64,000 nucleotides of DNA. Source: an uncultured Spirochaetota bacterium. Lineage in GTDB: Bacteria > Spirochaetota > B62-G9 > DRHN01. The notes beneath the pieces are model-generated. The model saw nothing but the letters and a program-made list of their open reading frames with translations. It made no database searches and had not been told where the DNA came from. Of the stretch, positions 36,171 through 46,373 are shown piece after piece. Both the position numbers and the translations under genes were made by a program. The DNA is taken from assembly GCA_964433545.1 (NCBI GenBank), contig CAYSRJ010000003.1, positions 64,904 to 128,903 of the forward strand, in the 5' to 3' direction. Every line of letters starts with the position of its first letter. Position 1 is the stretch's first letter.

Positions 36171-36981
36171 AATACTTCAAAAGTTCAGGAAAAAAATCGA
36201 ACAGACCAGGCCCATTATCGGTGGCGGAGCCGGCACGGGAATCAGCGCCAAATTCGAAGAGGCGGGCGGTATCGATCTTATCATCATTTACAATTCCGGC
36301 CGATTCCGAATGGCCGGCCATGGATCGATGGCCGGACTGCTCCCCTTCGGGGACGCAAACGCAATAGTGATGGAAATGGCTCGTGAAGTGCTTCCAATAG
36401 TACAGCGTACACCTGTTCTTGCGGGGGTATGCGGAACGGACCCGATGAGGATTATGCCGAAATTTCTTGAAGAGATCAAGAGGGCCGGTTTTTCAGGTGT
36501 GCAAAATTTCCCCACCGTCGGTCTTATGGATGGACACTGGCGGATCAACCTGGAGGAAACGGGATTCGGGTACTACAAAGAGGTTGAAATGATACGAATG
36601 GCCCGCGATATCGATCTGCTTACCACACCCTATGTTTTCGGCACAGAGGATGCGAAGCAGATGGCCGGGGCAGGAGCCGATATCATTGTTGCCCATATGG
36701 GCACAACCGTTTCAGGTTCGATCGGGGCAAAAACCGTGAAATCGCTCGACGATTCGGTCGATCTCATCAACCGTATCATTGACGCAGCAAAAACCGTGCG
36801 CGATAACATCATCTTCCTCTGCCACGGAGGGCCGATTGCCGAACCCGAGGATGCCGAGTACATCATTAAAACCTGCCCGGGCATAGACGGTTTTTACGGG
36901 GCAAGCTCCATGGAACGTCTTCCGGTGGAGCGCGCTATTAAGGAGCAGACAGAGCGGTTTGTAAAAATCAGGCGCACCTGA
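36151..36981 (+). CDS. TIM-barrel protein, phosphoenolpyruvate-hydrolase-like family (Tm-1-like C-terminal domain homologue)
   Basis: Overlaps the UPF0261 gene by 20 nt (translational coupling). About 276 aa, with (beta/alpha) barrel-like periodicity. This pairing with UPF0261 is the split form of plant Tm-1. Confidence 0.65.
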   Translation: MDETRAEILQKFRKKIEQTRPIIGGGAGTGISAKFEEAGGIDLIIIYNSGRFRMAGHGSMAGLLPFGDANAIVMEMAREVLPIVQRTPVLAGVCGTDPMRIMPKFLEEIKRAGFSGVQNFPTVGLMDGHWRINLEETGFGYYKEVEMIRMARDIDLLTTPYVFGTEDAKQMAGAGADIIVAHMGTTVSGSIGAKTVKSLDDSVDLINRIIDAAKTVRDNIIFLCHGGPIAEPEDAEYIIKTCPGIDGFYGASSMERLPVERAIKEQTERFVKIRRT

Positions 36982-37036
36982 AAGGCGAGGATATACCTTC
37001 CAGCTCATGACGATTTTACTTTATGCGGTATATCTA

Positions 37037-37486
37037 TCAGAAAAGCACGCCTTTCGGAAATGGAACGAGGAGCAGCTTCGAAAAAAAGAGGTAGAAAAAC
37101 ACGACTGTCGCAACCACGACCCCGATCTTTTTCAGGAGGTACAGGGCTGTTTTTTTCTTGCTGTCGAAAATGATCGTAATGACCGAAAAGAAGACGGCGC
37201 TCGTTACCACGAACCCGAGCAGTTTGATGAAAAAGGTCCAGGCAATTATCAGAAGCCCGGCAATTACGATATTGATATACTTCACGCCGGTTTGTTCGAA
37301 GGCCTTTACCTTTTCCCGCCTTCTGAAAAAACTCACAATTAAAAGCATGAGCGCAAGGAGACTGAGTGCAATCACCACTGCCTGCGGGAACAGCGAACCG
37401 AACTTCGTAAACCGGGTCGACTCGTACCAGAAATATGCGCAGAGGCCGAGAATGACAATCGATGATATTCTGTCCGCGTTTTTCAT
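37037..37486 (-). CDS. tctB: tripartite tricarboxylate transporter small subunit TctB
   Basis: About 150 aa, 4 TM. Start ATG overlaps the tctA stop (ATGA). Confidence 0.7.
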   Translation of the reverse strand: MKNADRISSIVILGLCAYFWYESTRFTKFGSLFPQAVVIALSLLALMLLIVSFFRRREKVKAFEQTGVKYINIVIAGLLIIAWTFFIKLLGFVVTSAVFFSVITIIFDSKKKTALYLLKKIGVVVATVVFFYLFFSKLLLVPFPKGVLF

Positions 37487-38988
37487 TTCTTCTTTGCCCC
37501 ACCCAGAAACTTTCTTAAAATCGGCCAGCATGCAGAAACCACGGTGAGAAAAATCAGAATGATCGAAATAGGGCGGGTAAAAAAAATCGAAACAATCGAA
37601 CCCGCGGCCCTGCCCATCAGTATCGACTGAACCAATCCCTGCTCACAGATTTTCCCAAGTATCAGCCCGAGCACAATAGGCCCCGGTCCGAACCCGACCT
37701 TTTTCCCCACGTATCCGATAATACCGAAGAAGACCATCACATACACATCGAAGATATTATTATGAATGGAGTACGACCCTATTATGCTCAGGAAAACGAC
37801 AAAGGGGGCGAGGAACGTGACCGGTATATTGGTAATGAGCTTCGATACCAGTTTGCCGCTGTATATTCCCATGGGCAATATCAGCAGATTCGCAAGTATC
37901 AGTGAAAATATGAAGGTGTAGATGACACCCGCATGCACGGTAAACAGGTCCGCGCCAGGCCGCATGCCCTGCAGCAAAAGCGCGCCGAGGAGTACGGCAG
38001 CAGGCGGCGCACCTGGTATGCCGAGAGTCAAAAGCGGTATGAGTGAGCCTGAAACTTCTGCGTTATTCGACGTTTCGGATGCAATAACACCGTCGACTAT
38101 ACCCCGGCCGAACTTCTGTGGATATTTAGATGCGCGGACCGCCTCGTTGTACGATACCAGACCCGCGATATTTCCGCCTGCCCCGGGGATGATCCCGACA
38201 ATAGTGCCTATAACTGCGGACCTGATGACAAGCACAGGCTTTTTAAGGAGCTTGCGCATTACGTTCAATACGACATTTTTCTGTTTTCTGTAGGTAATGA
38301 CGTGATAGTGTCTTTCCTTCTTCTCGATCATGCCTAATACTTCCGGAATACAGAAAAATCCGATCAGCGCCGGAATAAGGCCAATGCCTTCCTGCAGGCT
38401 TACTGTTCCGAAGGTAAAACGGACGCTCCCCCCTATCATCGCGATACCGATTGTGCTTATCAACAGCCCGAATGCACCGCCTATCAGCCCCTTGAGTATA
38501 GACTTCGATGCGAGGGTGGCAATGATTGTAAGCCCGAAGGTGGTGAGCCAGAAGAACTCGGGCGGGCCGAACTTGAGTGACGCTCTGGAGAGCGGCGGTG
38601 ACAAGAAGATAAGAAAGAGCACACCGATAAGCCCACCGACAACCGACGAAACGGTAGCGGTCACAATCGCCTTGTAGGCCTCTCCCTTCTTTGCGAGAGG
38701 GTACCCGTCGAATGTTGTAGCGATGGCGGACGGCGTTCCCGGTGTGTTGATGAGTATGGCGGAAAAACAGCCGCCGTATATCGCACCGCAGTATATAGCA
38801 CCGAGAAGAACAAGACCGTGAATAGGCGCCATGGCAAAGGTAAAGGGTACGAGAAGCGCGATTGCCATCGTTGCGGTCAGGCCGGGAAGGGCCCCAACCA
38901 TAATACCGGAACCAACCCCGAGAACGATGAAAAGCAGGTTCATCGGGTAGAAAATAGCGATGAAGGACGACATCACGTTTACGTTCAT
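37483..38988 (-). CDS. tctA: tripartite tricarboxylate transporter large permease TctA
   Basis: 501 aa, polytopic. Begins MNVNVMSSFIAIFYPMNLLFIVLGVGSGIMVGALPGLTATMAIALLVPFTF, typical of TctA. Confidence 0.85.
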   Translation of the reverse strand: MNVNVMSSFIAIFYPMNLLFIVLGVGSGIMVGALPGLTATMAIALLVPFTFAMAPIHGLVLLGAIYCGAIYGGCFSAILINTPGTPSAIATTFDGYPLAKKGEAYKAIVTATVSSVVGGLIGVLFLIFLSPPLSRASLKFGPPEFFWLTTFGLTIIATLASKSILKGLIGGAFGLLISTIGIAMIGGSVRFTFGTVSLQEGIGLIPALIGFFCIPEVLGMIEKKERHYHVITYRKQKNVVLNVMRKLLKKPVLVIRSAVIGTIVGIIPGAGGNIAGLVSYNEAVRASKYPQKFGRGIVDGVIASETSNNAEVSGSLIPLLTLGIPGAPPAAVLLGALLLQGMRPGADLFTVHAGVIYTFIFSLILANLLILPMGIYSGKLVSKLITNIPVTFLAPFVVFLSIIGSYSIHNNIFDVYVMVFFGIIGYVGKKVGFGPGPIVLGLILGKICEQGLVQSILMGRAAGSIVSIFFTRPISIILIFLTVVSACWPILRKFLGGAKKK

Positions 38989-39061
38989 ATTTGATTCCCG
39001 TACCTTCTATCATACAACATTCACATTGAACATGTGAAAAGATATCATGCCAACATACAGC

Positions 39062-39086
39062 TATCCGGACGCACTGCGCCCGGATA
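39062..39086. repeat. REP-like palindrome TATCCGGACGCactGCGCCCGGATA (copy 2 of 2)
   Basis: Near-identical to 5040..5064; located between tctC and tctA. Confidence 0.45.
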
Positions 39087-39099
39087 ATAACACCCTGTA

Positions 39100-40085
39100 T
39101 TAAATAGCGCCGAGTCCTTTCAGAATCTCGGTGTACACAACCTTTTTCTTTTCGATGTACGCCTTGAACTCCTCTGACCTCATCTGCTGCACGAGAAAAC
39201 CGAGCTCTTTCATCTTGTTCACGAATGTCGGGCTTTTACACACCGCCCCGAATGCGTCCTCGAGCCGCTTGATAACCTCGTCCGGTGTTCCCGGAGGCAC
39301 GCAAACTCCGCGGTCTATACCTGCTGTCATATCATACCCGAGCTCCATAAAGGTCGGCACATCCGGAAGATGCGGCAGAAACCTCTTCTCTGTTCCAATC
39401 GCAAGAATGGTGATCTTTTCCTTGTGCTGGACAAGATCGTCGGAATTCGCAAACAGGGCCTCGGTATGGCCACCGAGGAAATTGGCAACGGACGGAGCGG
39501 CGCCTGTCGACGGAATGTAGGTGAACTCTACACCGGCAAGCTTCTGAAGCTGCAGCAGTGCGAGATGGTGACCGCTGTGGGTTCCGGAACCGCCGATTGT
39601 AATCTCCCCCGGATGACCCTTCGCATAATCGATGAACTGCTCCAGGGTTTTGAACCTGCTGTCCTTCAGCACCGCAAGCCCTATAGGGGTCGTCTCGAAC
39701 ATGTACACGGGCACAAGCTGATCCGTTTCATACCCAGCATTGTCCCTTACAAGCGGCTGAATGATAATATGGGGAATATTGTTTCCGCATATGGTGTAGC
39801 CGTCCGGTTTGTCCTTCACCAGGCTTGACCATGCAACGGCACCGCCCGCACCGGGCATATACTTGATGATTACATTGACGCCGAGATTCTTCTGAAGGTC
39901 TACCTTTTGAAACTGCGCCGTTATATCCGACTGTCCACCCGGATTGAACGGTATTATATACTCGATGTTCCTTGAGGGGTATTTCTCCACCTCTTCACGC
40001 TCACCGGCGGCAAACATAGCAGAAGCGGCGGATAAAAGCATGGCGCATACCATGAAGCCAACTACCAATCCTTTCGAATTTTTCA
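39100..40085 (-). CDS. tctC: tripartite tricarboxylate transporter substrate-binding protein TctC (Bug family)
   Basis: Signal peptide, then YPSRNIEYIIPFNPGGQSDITAQ, the Bug/TctC N-terminal motif. AGGAGG SD. Confidence 0.85.
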
Positions 40086-40390
40086 TAACAACCTCCTGTC
40101 GAATTTTACTGATACAAGAGTAACGCAGATTTAACCGGAGGTAAAGGAGGGTACAGAACAAAAATATAAAAAATACTTATAATTAATACAGGACTATAAT
40201 TAATTCTTATATGTTTCACTCTGCCCGTGCATATCCATAGAGGTGAAAATATAAAGGGTTGTAAGCGATACTGCCATCGCTTCCGAAAATACCCGCCCGA
40301 GCTGTTTTTATTTTCTTCTCAGACATTGATTTGATCAAGCGGGCTAATGTACTATATTATAGAAAACCTGTCTGGTAATGGAGGAACTTG

Positions 40391-41377
40391 ATGAAGAAGG
40401 TGGTGTTTACCGGAGATCGGCTATTCTTAAAGTTTAAAAACTTCGAATACTTCGAAAAGCGGGCCTCAGAAGCAGATCTAAAAATCGCGTACGTTCAAAG
40501 CGAAGACGACAATGACCTTAAAAAAGATGTAAAGGATGCTTCAGCCGTCGTGCTGATTGCGAGAAACATTAACCCTGATATCATCGAAAACATGGAAAAA
40601 TGCGAGCTCATACTAACGCTTTCGGTCGGCTATGACTGTGTCGACCTCGCGGCGGCAACAAGAAAAAAAATTCCTGTATGCAATACGCCCTCTTACTGCA
40701 CGGATGATGTTGCCAACCATGCAATGACGCTCGTGCTGTCCCTTGTAAGGAAGATAGAGCTGATCATCCCGAATACACGGAATGCAAGCTGGGAGTACAG
40801 GTATACGAAACCGATCTTCAACTACCGGGATAAAATATTCGCGATCATCGGACTTGGAAAGATCGGGCGGTCCATAGTTCCCAAAGCGAAGGGATTCGGT
40901 ATGCGCGTTATTGCGTACGACCCGTATGTCGATGACGATATTTTCATGCTGACCGGTGTCGAGCGCATGTACGAGCTCGAGGAGCTCCTCCGTGAAGCGG
41001 ATTATATTACCATCCATGCACCCCTCACCGCGGAGACGCACCACATGATCGATGAACAGGCATTCAGCCTCATGAAGGAGAATGCGGTTATTGTGAACAC
41101 TGCCCGGGGTGCCATTATCGACCAGGACGCGCTGTGCGATGCGCTCAGTCAGGGAAAAATAGCAGGTGCAGGCATAGATGTGCTCGAAAAGGAGCCGCCC
41201 GCCAAAGACAATCCGCTGCTGTCTTTTGATAACGCGATTATTACGCCTCATATCGCCTGGTATTCGGAGGAGAGCTTCAAGAAAGATATGAAGCAGGGGA
41301 TGGATGAGCTTATCCGCGTGCTGGGCGGTCACCGGCCGAGACATATTGTCAATCCCGAAATTTTCGGTACTGTGTAG
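40391..41377 (+). CDS. D-isomer-specific 2-hydroxyacid dehydrogenase (phosphoglycerate/glyoxylate-reductase-like)
   Basis: NAD-binding GLGKIGRSIV..RVIAYDP; catalytic region VNTARGAIID...GAGIDVLEKEP; H at PHIAW. Confidence 0.85.
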   Translation: MKKVVFTGDRLFLKFKNFEYFEKRASEADLKIAYVQSEDDNDLKKDVKDASAVVLIARNINPDIIENMEKCELILTLSVGYDCVDLAAATRKKIPVCNTPSYCTDDVANHAMTLVLSLVRKIELIIPNTRNASWEYRYTKPIFNYRDKIFAIIGLGKIGRSIVPKAKGFGMRVIAYDPYVDDDIFMLTGVERMYELEELLREADYITIHAPLTAETHHMIDEQAFSLMKENAVIVNTARGAIIDQDALCDALSQGKIAGAGIDVLEKEPPAKDNPLLSFDNAIITPHIAWYSEESFKKDMKQGMDELIRVLGGHRPRHIVNPEIFGTV

Positions 41378-41391
41378 AGGTGCACTGTTTA

Positions 41392-42567
41392 ATGATCATC
41401 GAACCGAAAATACGAAACAATGTCTGCCTCACCGCACACCCGGCCGGGTGCGCTGCCCAGGTAGAGAAGCAGATTGACTATGTGAAAAAAACGGGCACCT
41501 TTACAGGACCCCGTACTGCGCTTATAATCGGTGCTTCAAACGGGTACGGCCTTGCATCCCGCATAGTAGCGGCCTTTGCGTGCGGTGCGGCTACAATTGG
41601 GGTTTCCTACGAAAAGCCCGGATCAGAAAAAAGAACCGGCACAGCAGGCTGGCACAACAATACCGCGTTTGAAAAAGCTGCATATGAAGCGGGTCTTTCG
41701 GCCTGGAGTATCAATGGTGATGCTTTTACCCAAGAAATCAAGGAAGAGGCCCTGGCACTGGTGCGGAAAAAAATGGGGAAAGTTGACCTCATTATCTACA
41801 GTATCGCCTCACCGCGGCGCATCGACCCGGCAACAGGAGAGCTCTATTCAACGGTCATAAAGCCTGTCGGCAGGGCTTTCACCGCAAAGATGGTTGATTT
41901 CGAAAACGGCACGGTCGTTCACACGACCTCGGAGCCTGCAACAAAAGAAGAAATACGGGCCACCGTCAAGGTTATGGGAGGCGAGGACTGGGATCTCTGG
42001 ATCAGGACAATGCTTGATAATGATCTTCTCGCCGAGACAGCAACGACAATCGCCTTCTCCTATATCGGCCCTGAAATAACGGCCCCCATCTACCGCAACG
42101 GAACAATCGGCCTGGCAAAAAAACACCTGGAAGAAACCGCAAAAAATCTCGACCGGTTGCTTTCTGCAGGGGGAGGAAGAGCCTTGGTTTCGGTGAACAA
42201 GGCGCTCGTAACGCGGGCAAGCGCAGTTATACCCGCAGTTCCGCTGTACATCGCCCTTTTATACCAGGTAATGAAAAAAAAAGAAATCCATGAGGGATGT
42301 ATCGAACAGATGTACCGGCTTTTCAGGGATTTTCTCTATGCCGACAGGCCGCTGCCACTCGATATGGAGGGAAGGATACGCCTGGACGATTATGAGATCA
42401 GGCAGGATGTTCAGGATGAGGTGCTCGAGCTCTGGCGGAGAGTTAATTCCGAGAACATCGAAGAGCTTTCCGATATACAGGGATTCAGGGATGAATTCCT
42501 GCGCCATCACGGATTCGGCATGGCGGGAGTAGACTATGCGGCTGATGTTGAGGTGAACGGAATCTAG
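41392..42567 (+). CDS. fabV: trans-2-enoyl-CoA/ACP reductase (FabV/TER family)
   Basis: MIIEPKIRNNVCLTAHPAGC...TALIIGASNGYGLASRI is the FabV N-terminus and Rossmann motif. Confidence 0.85.
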   Translation: MIIEPKIRNNVCLTAHPAGCAAQVEKQIDYVKKTGTFTGPRTALIIGASNGYGLASRIVAAFACGAATIGVSYEKPGSEKRTGTAGWHNNTAFEKAAYEAGLSAWSINGDAFTQEIKEEALALVRKKMGKVDLIIYSIASPRRIDPATGELYSTVIKPVGRAFTAKMVDFENGTVVHTTSEPATKEEIRATVKVMGGEDWDLWIRTMLDNDLLAETATTIAFSYIGPEITAPIYRNGTIGLAKKHLEETAKNLDRLLSAGGGRALVSVNKALVTRASAVIPAVPLYIALLYQVMKKKEIHEGCIEQMYRLFRDFLYADRPLPLDMEGRIRLDDYEIRQDVQDEVLELWRRVNSENIEELSDIQGFRDEFLRHHGFGMAGVDYAADVEVNGI

Positions 42568-42721
42568 CGTATGTCGGTTTTTATATTCCTCCGTTCCTCA
42601 GCACGCGTTTCAAGAATGCTCGTTTAAATCAATAGATCCAGCATTTCAGGCACGTGGTTTATAGAAAAAACACACAACTTCAACTACTCGTAAATAAGGA
42701 AGCCAGGGGCATTTACCGAAC

Positions 42722-44206
42722 TCAATCCTGCTCGTAAGCTCCAATTGACCAGGCTCCGTCCCGGGGGTTGTCGTCCCGGTCGTAGTTGAACTGATCGTTG
42801 AAGAAGGTCGACCCGCCGCCCTTCACCTCAGCAGGGGAGCCTGCGGTGAGATGCCAGTCGTTGTCATCTATTGTTGAAACATCGTTGTCAGTGCCGTCAA
42901 GGTCTGCAAATACCGGATCAGAATCGATGTTTCCACCGGCAAAGCTCTGATCATTGACACCGCTTCCGCCCTCCAGTAACGGATAGTTGCTGCCATTGAA
43001 ACGCAGATAGATGGCACCGCCGTAACTCCAGAGATCGTTCGCATACAACGCTTTTGGGTACGCTGTAGTATCCGCGCAGTAGACGCAGTACTGGGTACTG
43101 ACGCCTGAGATAAAGACGATATTGTTCCGTATATCCGGCTTGGCTCCGAGGCTGAGCGTGATACCGTATGCATCGTCGCTCACTCCACCGTCTATCGTGT
43201 TGTTCACGATGTATCCGGTCGAAGAGTTACTAACCTCCATTCCCTGGGATCCGCCGGTCGGATCTCCTGCGTACAAAAGGTTATTCCGTATGAACATATC
43301 TGACGCTAACCCGATAAATATTCCCGTTGCATAATTACCGTTCTCACCGCCGGATATAGTGTTGTTTTCAACCACACCTTTCGAGCCATTTATTCTTATA
43401 CCGGTTGTACCACTGTTACCGTCATTGAAGTCACCGTAACCACCGTATATGAAGTTGTCCCGTATGGTAATCGAGTCGCTGCCCTGCAGTCCGATACCGC
43501 CGCAGTCAATCCCCTGCCCGGTATAAATATCGTTTCCTTCCACCATGGTTTCTCCAGTTACACTATCGATAAACAGGGCAGTGGTCGCACCTACCGCCGT
43601 ATCACCGCTGTACAGGGTACAATTCTCAATCGTGCTGTCCTGACCATCCATACTAATGCACTGAGTATCCCCCGGATTTCCAACAGCATCCCCGCCGTAC
43701 ACCGTGTTGTTGCTGAAGCTCACGTTGCCATGTATACTTACCGCGCGCGAGCTTCCCGAAACATCCGCGCCTTCAATGGTAAAACCGTCCATGATCGAGT
43801 TAACCAGCGACATGGTGTTAACCCACTCTCCTGATGTGCGGGTGTCAGTGATTGTTGTTTGATAGGTTGTGATACTTCTGTTGCTGAAGTCAGGAGAATA
43901 CCCACCATAGATCTCGTCATTTTCAAAATCGAGCTGTTCAGTCGTGACATTGTAGGTCCCCTTTGCAACGTGGATGTTGGCAGAATGCGCCTCTTCACTG
44001 CTCTTCATCAGAAGCGCTGCCTGTATGGTTGCAAGTGGTCCTTCCATTGTTCCATCGTTTGAATCGTTTCCTGTACTGCTGCTTACATAAATGGTAATCG
44101 TGCCCCCTACACTTCCACTGTTATCTCCCCCTCCGCTGCAGCCGATGAGGAGCAGCATGCTCACCAAGAAAACCGTTGCAAGAGCAGCAAAACCGCATCC
44201 TTTCAT
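42722..44206 (-). CDS. secreted right-handed parallel beta-helix repeat lipoprotein (pectate-lyase/NosD-like fold)
   Basis: Lipobox LLLIGCSGG. Many tandem G-x-N/D-x-I beta-helix rungs (NNTVYGG, ENNTISGG, IRNNLLYAG, VNNTIDGG). Confidence 0.7.
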   Translation of the reverse strand: MKGCGFAALATVFLVSMLLLIGCSGGGDNSGSVGGTITIYVSSSTGNDSNDGTMEGPLATIQAALLMKSSEEAHSANIHVAKGTYNVTTEQLDFENDEIYGGYSPDFSNRSITTYQTTITDTRTSGEWVNTMSLVNSIMDGFTIEGADVSGSSRAVSIHGNVSFSNNTVYGGDAVGNPGDTQCISMDGQDSTIENCTLYSGDTAVGATTALFIDSVTGETMVEGNDIYTGQGIDCGGIGLQGSDSITIRDNFIYGGYGDFNDGNSGTTGIRINGSKGVVENNTISGGENGNYATGIFIGLASDMFIRNNLLYAGDPTGGSQGMEVSNSSTGYIVNNTIDGGVSDDAYGITLSLGAKPDIRNNIVFISGVSTQYCVYCADTTAYPKALYANDLWSYGGAIYLRFNGSNYPLLEGGSGVNDQSFAGGNIDSDPVFADLDGTDNDVSTIDDNDWHLTAGSPAEVKGGGSTFFNDQFNYDRDDNPRDGAWSIGAYEQD

Positions 44207-44727
44207 CTTTTCCCCCCTTTTAATAAAAAATTTAGTGATATGTCATCATTTTATTGTACCACATGGCCCACATAACAGTGATCATACGCTTCCGTTCCAC
44301 CATTTAAAAGCTCCTCTGATTCAGTAAGGAACATGCGCCACCGGAGTTTTTTAGGAGAACATCTCCTTCGGGCGTAACAGGACATGTTCACGATTTCAGT
44401 GCATATTTTCACCATACAACTTAATTATATTATGTCAATAATGAATTTTAGTAGTAAAGATCTATAAAAAATCTTATTTTTAGATATGAACGTTTTTAAT
44501 AATATTATTCCAACTATGAAATAACTTTGTGGGTATCATACGTAATTATTTTTCTGTAGAATCGGCCCCATACAACCGAATATCATAGGGTAATTTTTTT
44601 AATGCGTTTACTAAGAGGTGGGGTACACTGCTGGAGCAGCTGAGTATCAACGGGTCATTTTTTCAAGCTACTGAAAACACTGCAGGCCGCCCTTCAGACG
44701 AGTATCCTGCAATAATCTGGAAAAAAA

Positions 44728-45738
44728 TTATATAATGGGCACGTACTGTTGCGCAAGATCGAAACAGGAGATAATTGCCTCCTCCATGCTCACCGGATTC
44801 GCCGTTCCCTTCCACGCAATGTCAAATGCCGTGCCGTGATCGACCGAGGTTCTGATAAAGGGAAGGCCGAGAGTAACGCTCACGGTACGGTAAAAATCGT
44901 ACGTTTTTGCCGCAATATGCCCCTGGTCATGGTAGAGGGATAAAACCGCGTCGAACTCGCCTTCGAGCGCACGATGAAAAACACTGTCTGCAGGTAGGGG
45001 CCCCTTAACATCCGTTCCTCTCTCCCGCGCTTCCGCACAGGCGGGAACGAGAATCTCCGCCTCCTCGCTGCCGAAAAGCCCACCGTCAGAAGCATGGGGA
45101 TTGAATGCCGCAAGGGCGAGCCTTCTTTTTACGTATCCCAGAGAGCGCAGGCAGATATCAGCAAAAAGGATACTGTCTGTGACTCCCGCGATATTCAATT
45201 CCTCCATCATCTTTCTGAGGGAGATGTGCCTTGTATGGAAGAATATCCTGAGATTGTCGACCATGAACATGGTAACACTGCTGGAGGAGCCTGCCATGTG
45301 TGAGAGCATCTCGGTATGGCCTTTAAAGGAGAACCCCGCCTTTCGAAGTGCCTCCTTGTTTATCGGCGCCGTCGCAATCCCGTCAACCTTTCCGTCCAGG
45401 GCAAGATCGGCTGCTTTTCGTACACAGGCCACTGCAGCCCTGCCGCCGAGCTTGGATATCTCGCCAACCCTGAATGAAGAAACATCCTTTACAATCCCAG
45501 TATCGATGACAGGAACCGCATCTCCCGTATCCAGAGCCTCATCAACACTCTCAACCCGCCTGATTTTTACATCCATACCAAGCCGGTCCCGCACCGCTTC
45601 CATCACCGCCATGTCGCCACACACAACAACTGTCCCCTTTACTCTGACGACCCTTTCAGAGGTGCATGCCCTGAGCACGATCTCGGGCCCAACACCCGAA
45701 GGGTCCCCCATGGTTACGGCGATTAATCTCCCCTTCAT
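44728..45738 (-). CDS. pdxA: PdxA-family NAD-dependent 4-hydroxythreonine-4-phosphate / 4-phospho-hydroxyacid dehydrogenase
   Basis: IAVTMGDPSGVGPEI N-terminus; HTEMLS and HDQGHIAAK metal-site motifs. Confidence 0.85.
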   Translation of the reverse strand: MKGRLIAVTMGDPSGVGPEIVLRACTSERVVRVKGTVVVCGDMAVMEAVRDRLGMDVKIRRVESVDEALDTGDAVPVIDTGIVKDVSSFRVGEISKLGGRAAVACVRKAADLALDGKVDGIATAPINKEALRKAGFSFKGHTEMLSHMAGSSSSVTMFMVDNLRIFFHTRHISLRKMMEELNIAGVTDSILFADICLRSLGYVKRRLALAAFNPHASDGGLFGSEEAEILVPACAEARERGTDVKGPLPADSVFHRALEGEFDAVLSLYHDQGHIAAKTYDFYRTVSVTLGLPFIRTSVDHGTAFDIAWKGTANPVSMEEAIISCFDLAQQYVPII

Positions 45739-46373
45739 TTACTCCTCCATTTCCGGTACATACCACCGACCCCGGCATTACGAACACGTTTTTCGTTCGA
45801 ATAACCCAATTCATTTTTTCTTTTTTCTTTTCAGCATGTTTGTTAACCGTTTACCAACCCTCGAAACCTGCATCTGCACCTGTTCGGCTTTCTAGGCCAT
45901 ATCGGAAAGCATGCTTTCCCGCTCCGTCGTACATAGAACAAGATCGAGTTCGTTTTTGGCATTCAATACGGGTAAGAGCTCGAGCATGGCATCAAAATAC
46001 TTCTTTCCTGACGTGAGAGCTGTGATATCTTGTCAAGCTCCCGAAACACCTGAACGTTTTTCCTGCCCATGATAATATAGAGCACGGCTACGATCACATT
46101 TGACTTTTCACGTTTCTTCATAAACACAGTGCCCATACCGGAGAGACACTTTCGATCCGGGTTTTACGTAATATGAATATCTTCTTTTCAGTGCTCCAAT
46201 ATAACATAGTGTACCCGCACGGAAAACTTCAAAAAAGAGCGTGGCTTTGCATACAATTGTCATCAACACTTGTTGTTCAACAGGGGTTCGAAACGAATGG
46301 AAATGATGTTGCATGGAAACGCATGAATCATGAGGAAGAAGAGACGCCGGTTTAGAATTGATCCACCGGGATT

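Noticed and set aside
38243-39013. 256-aa minus-strand ORF
   Set aside because: Alternative frame of tctA, with an Arg/Tyr-rich nonsense composition. tctA itself has clear family features.
44736-44754. sigma-54-like -24/-12 motif tGGGCACGtactgTTGCg
   Set aside because: The GG-to-GC spacing is 11 rather than 10. It lies inside the 3' end of the pdxA coding region and points antisense. Probably a chance match.
45101-45895. 264-aa plus-strand ORF
   Set aside because: Entirely antisense to the well-supported pdxA-family gene. Ser/Thr/Ala-rich low-complexity translation.
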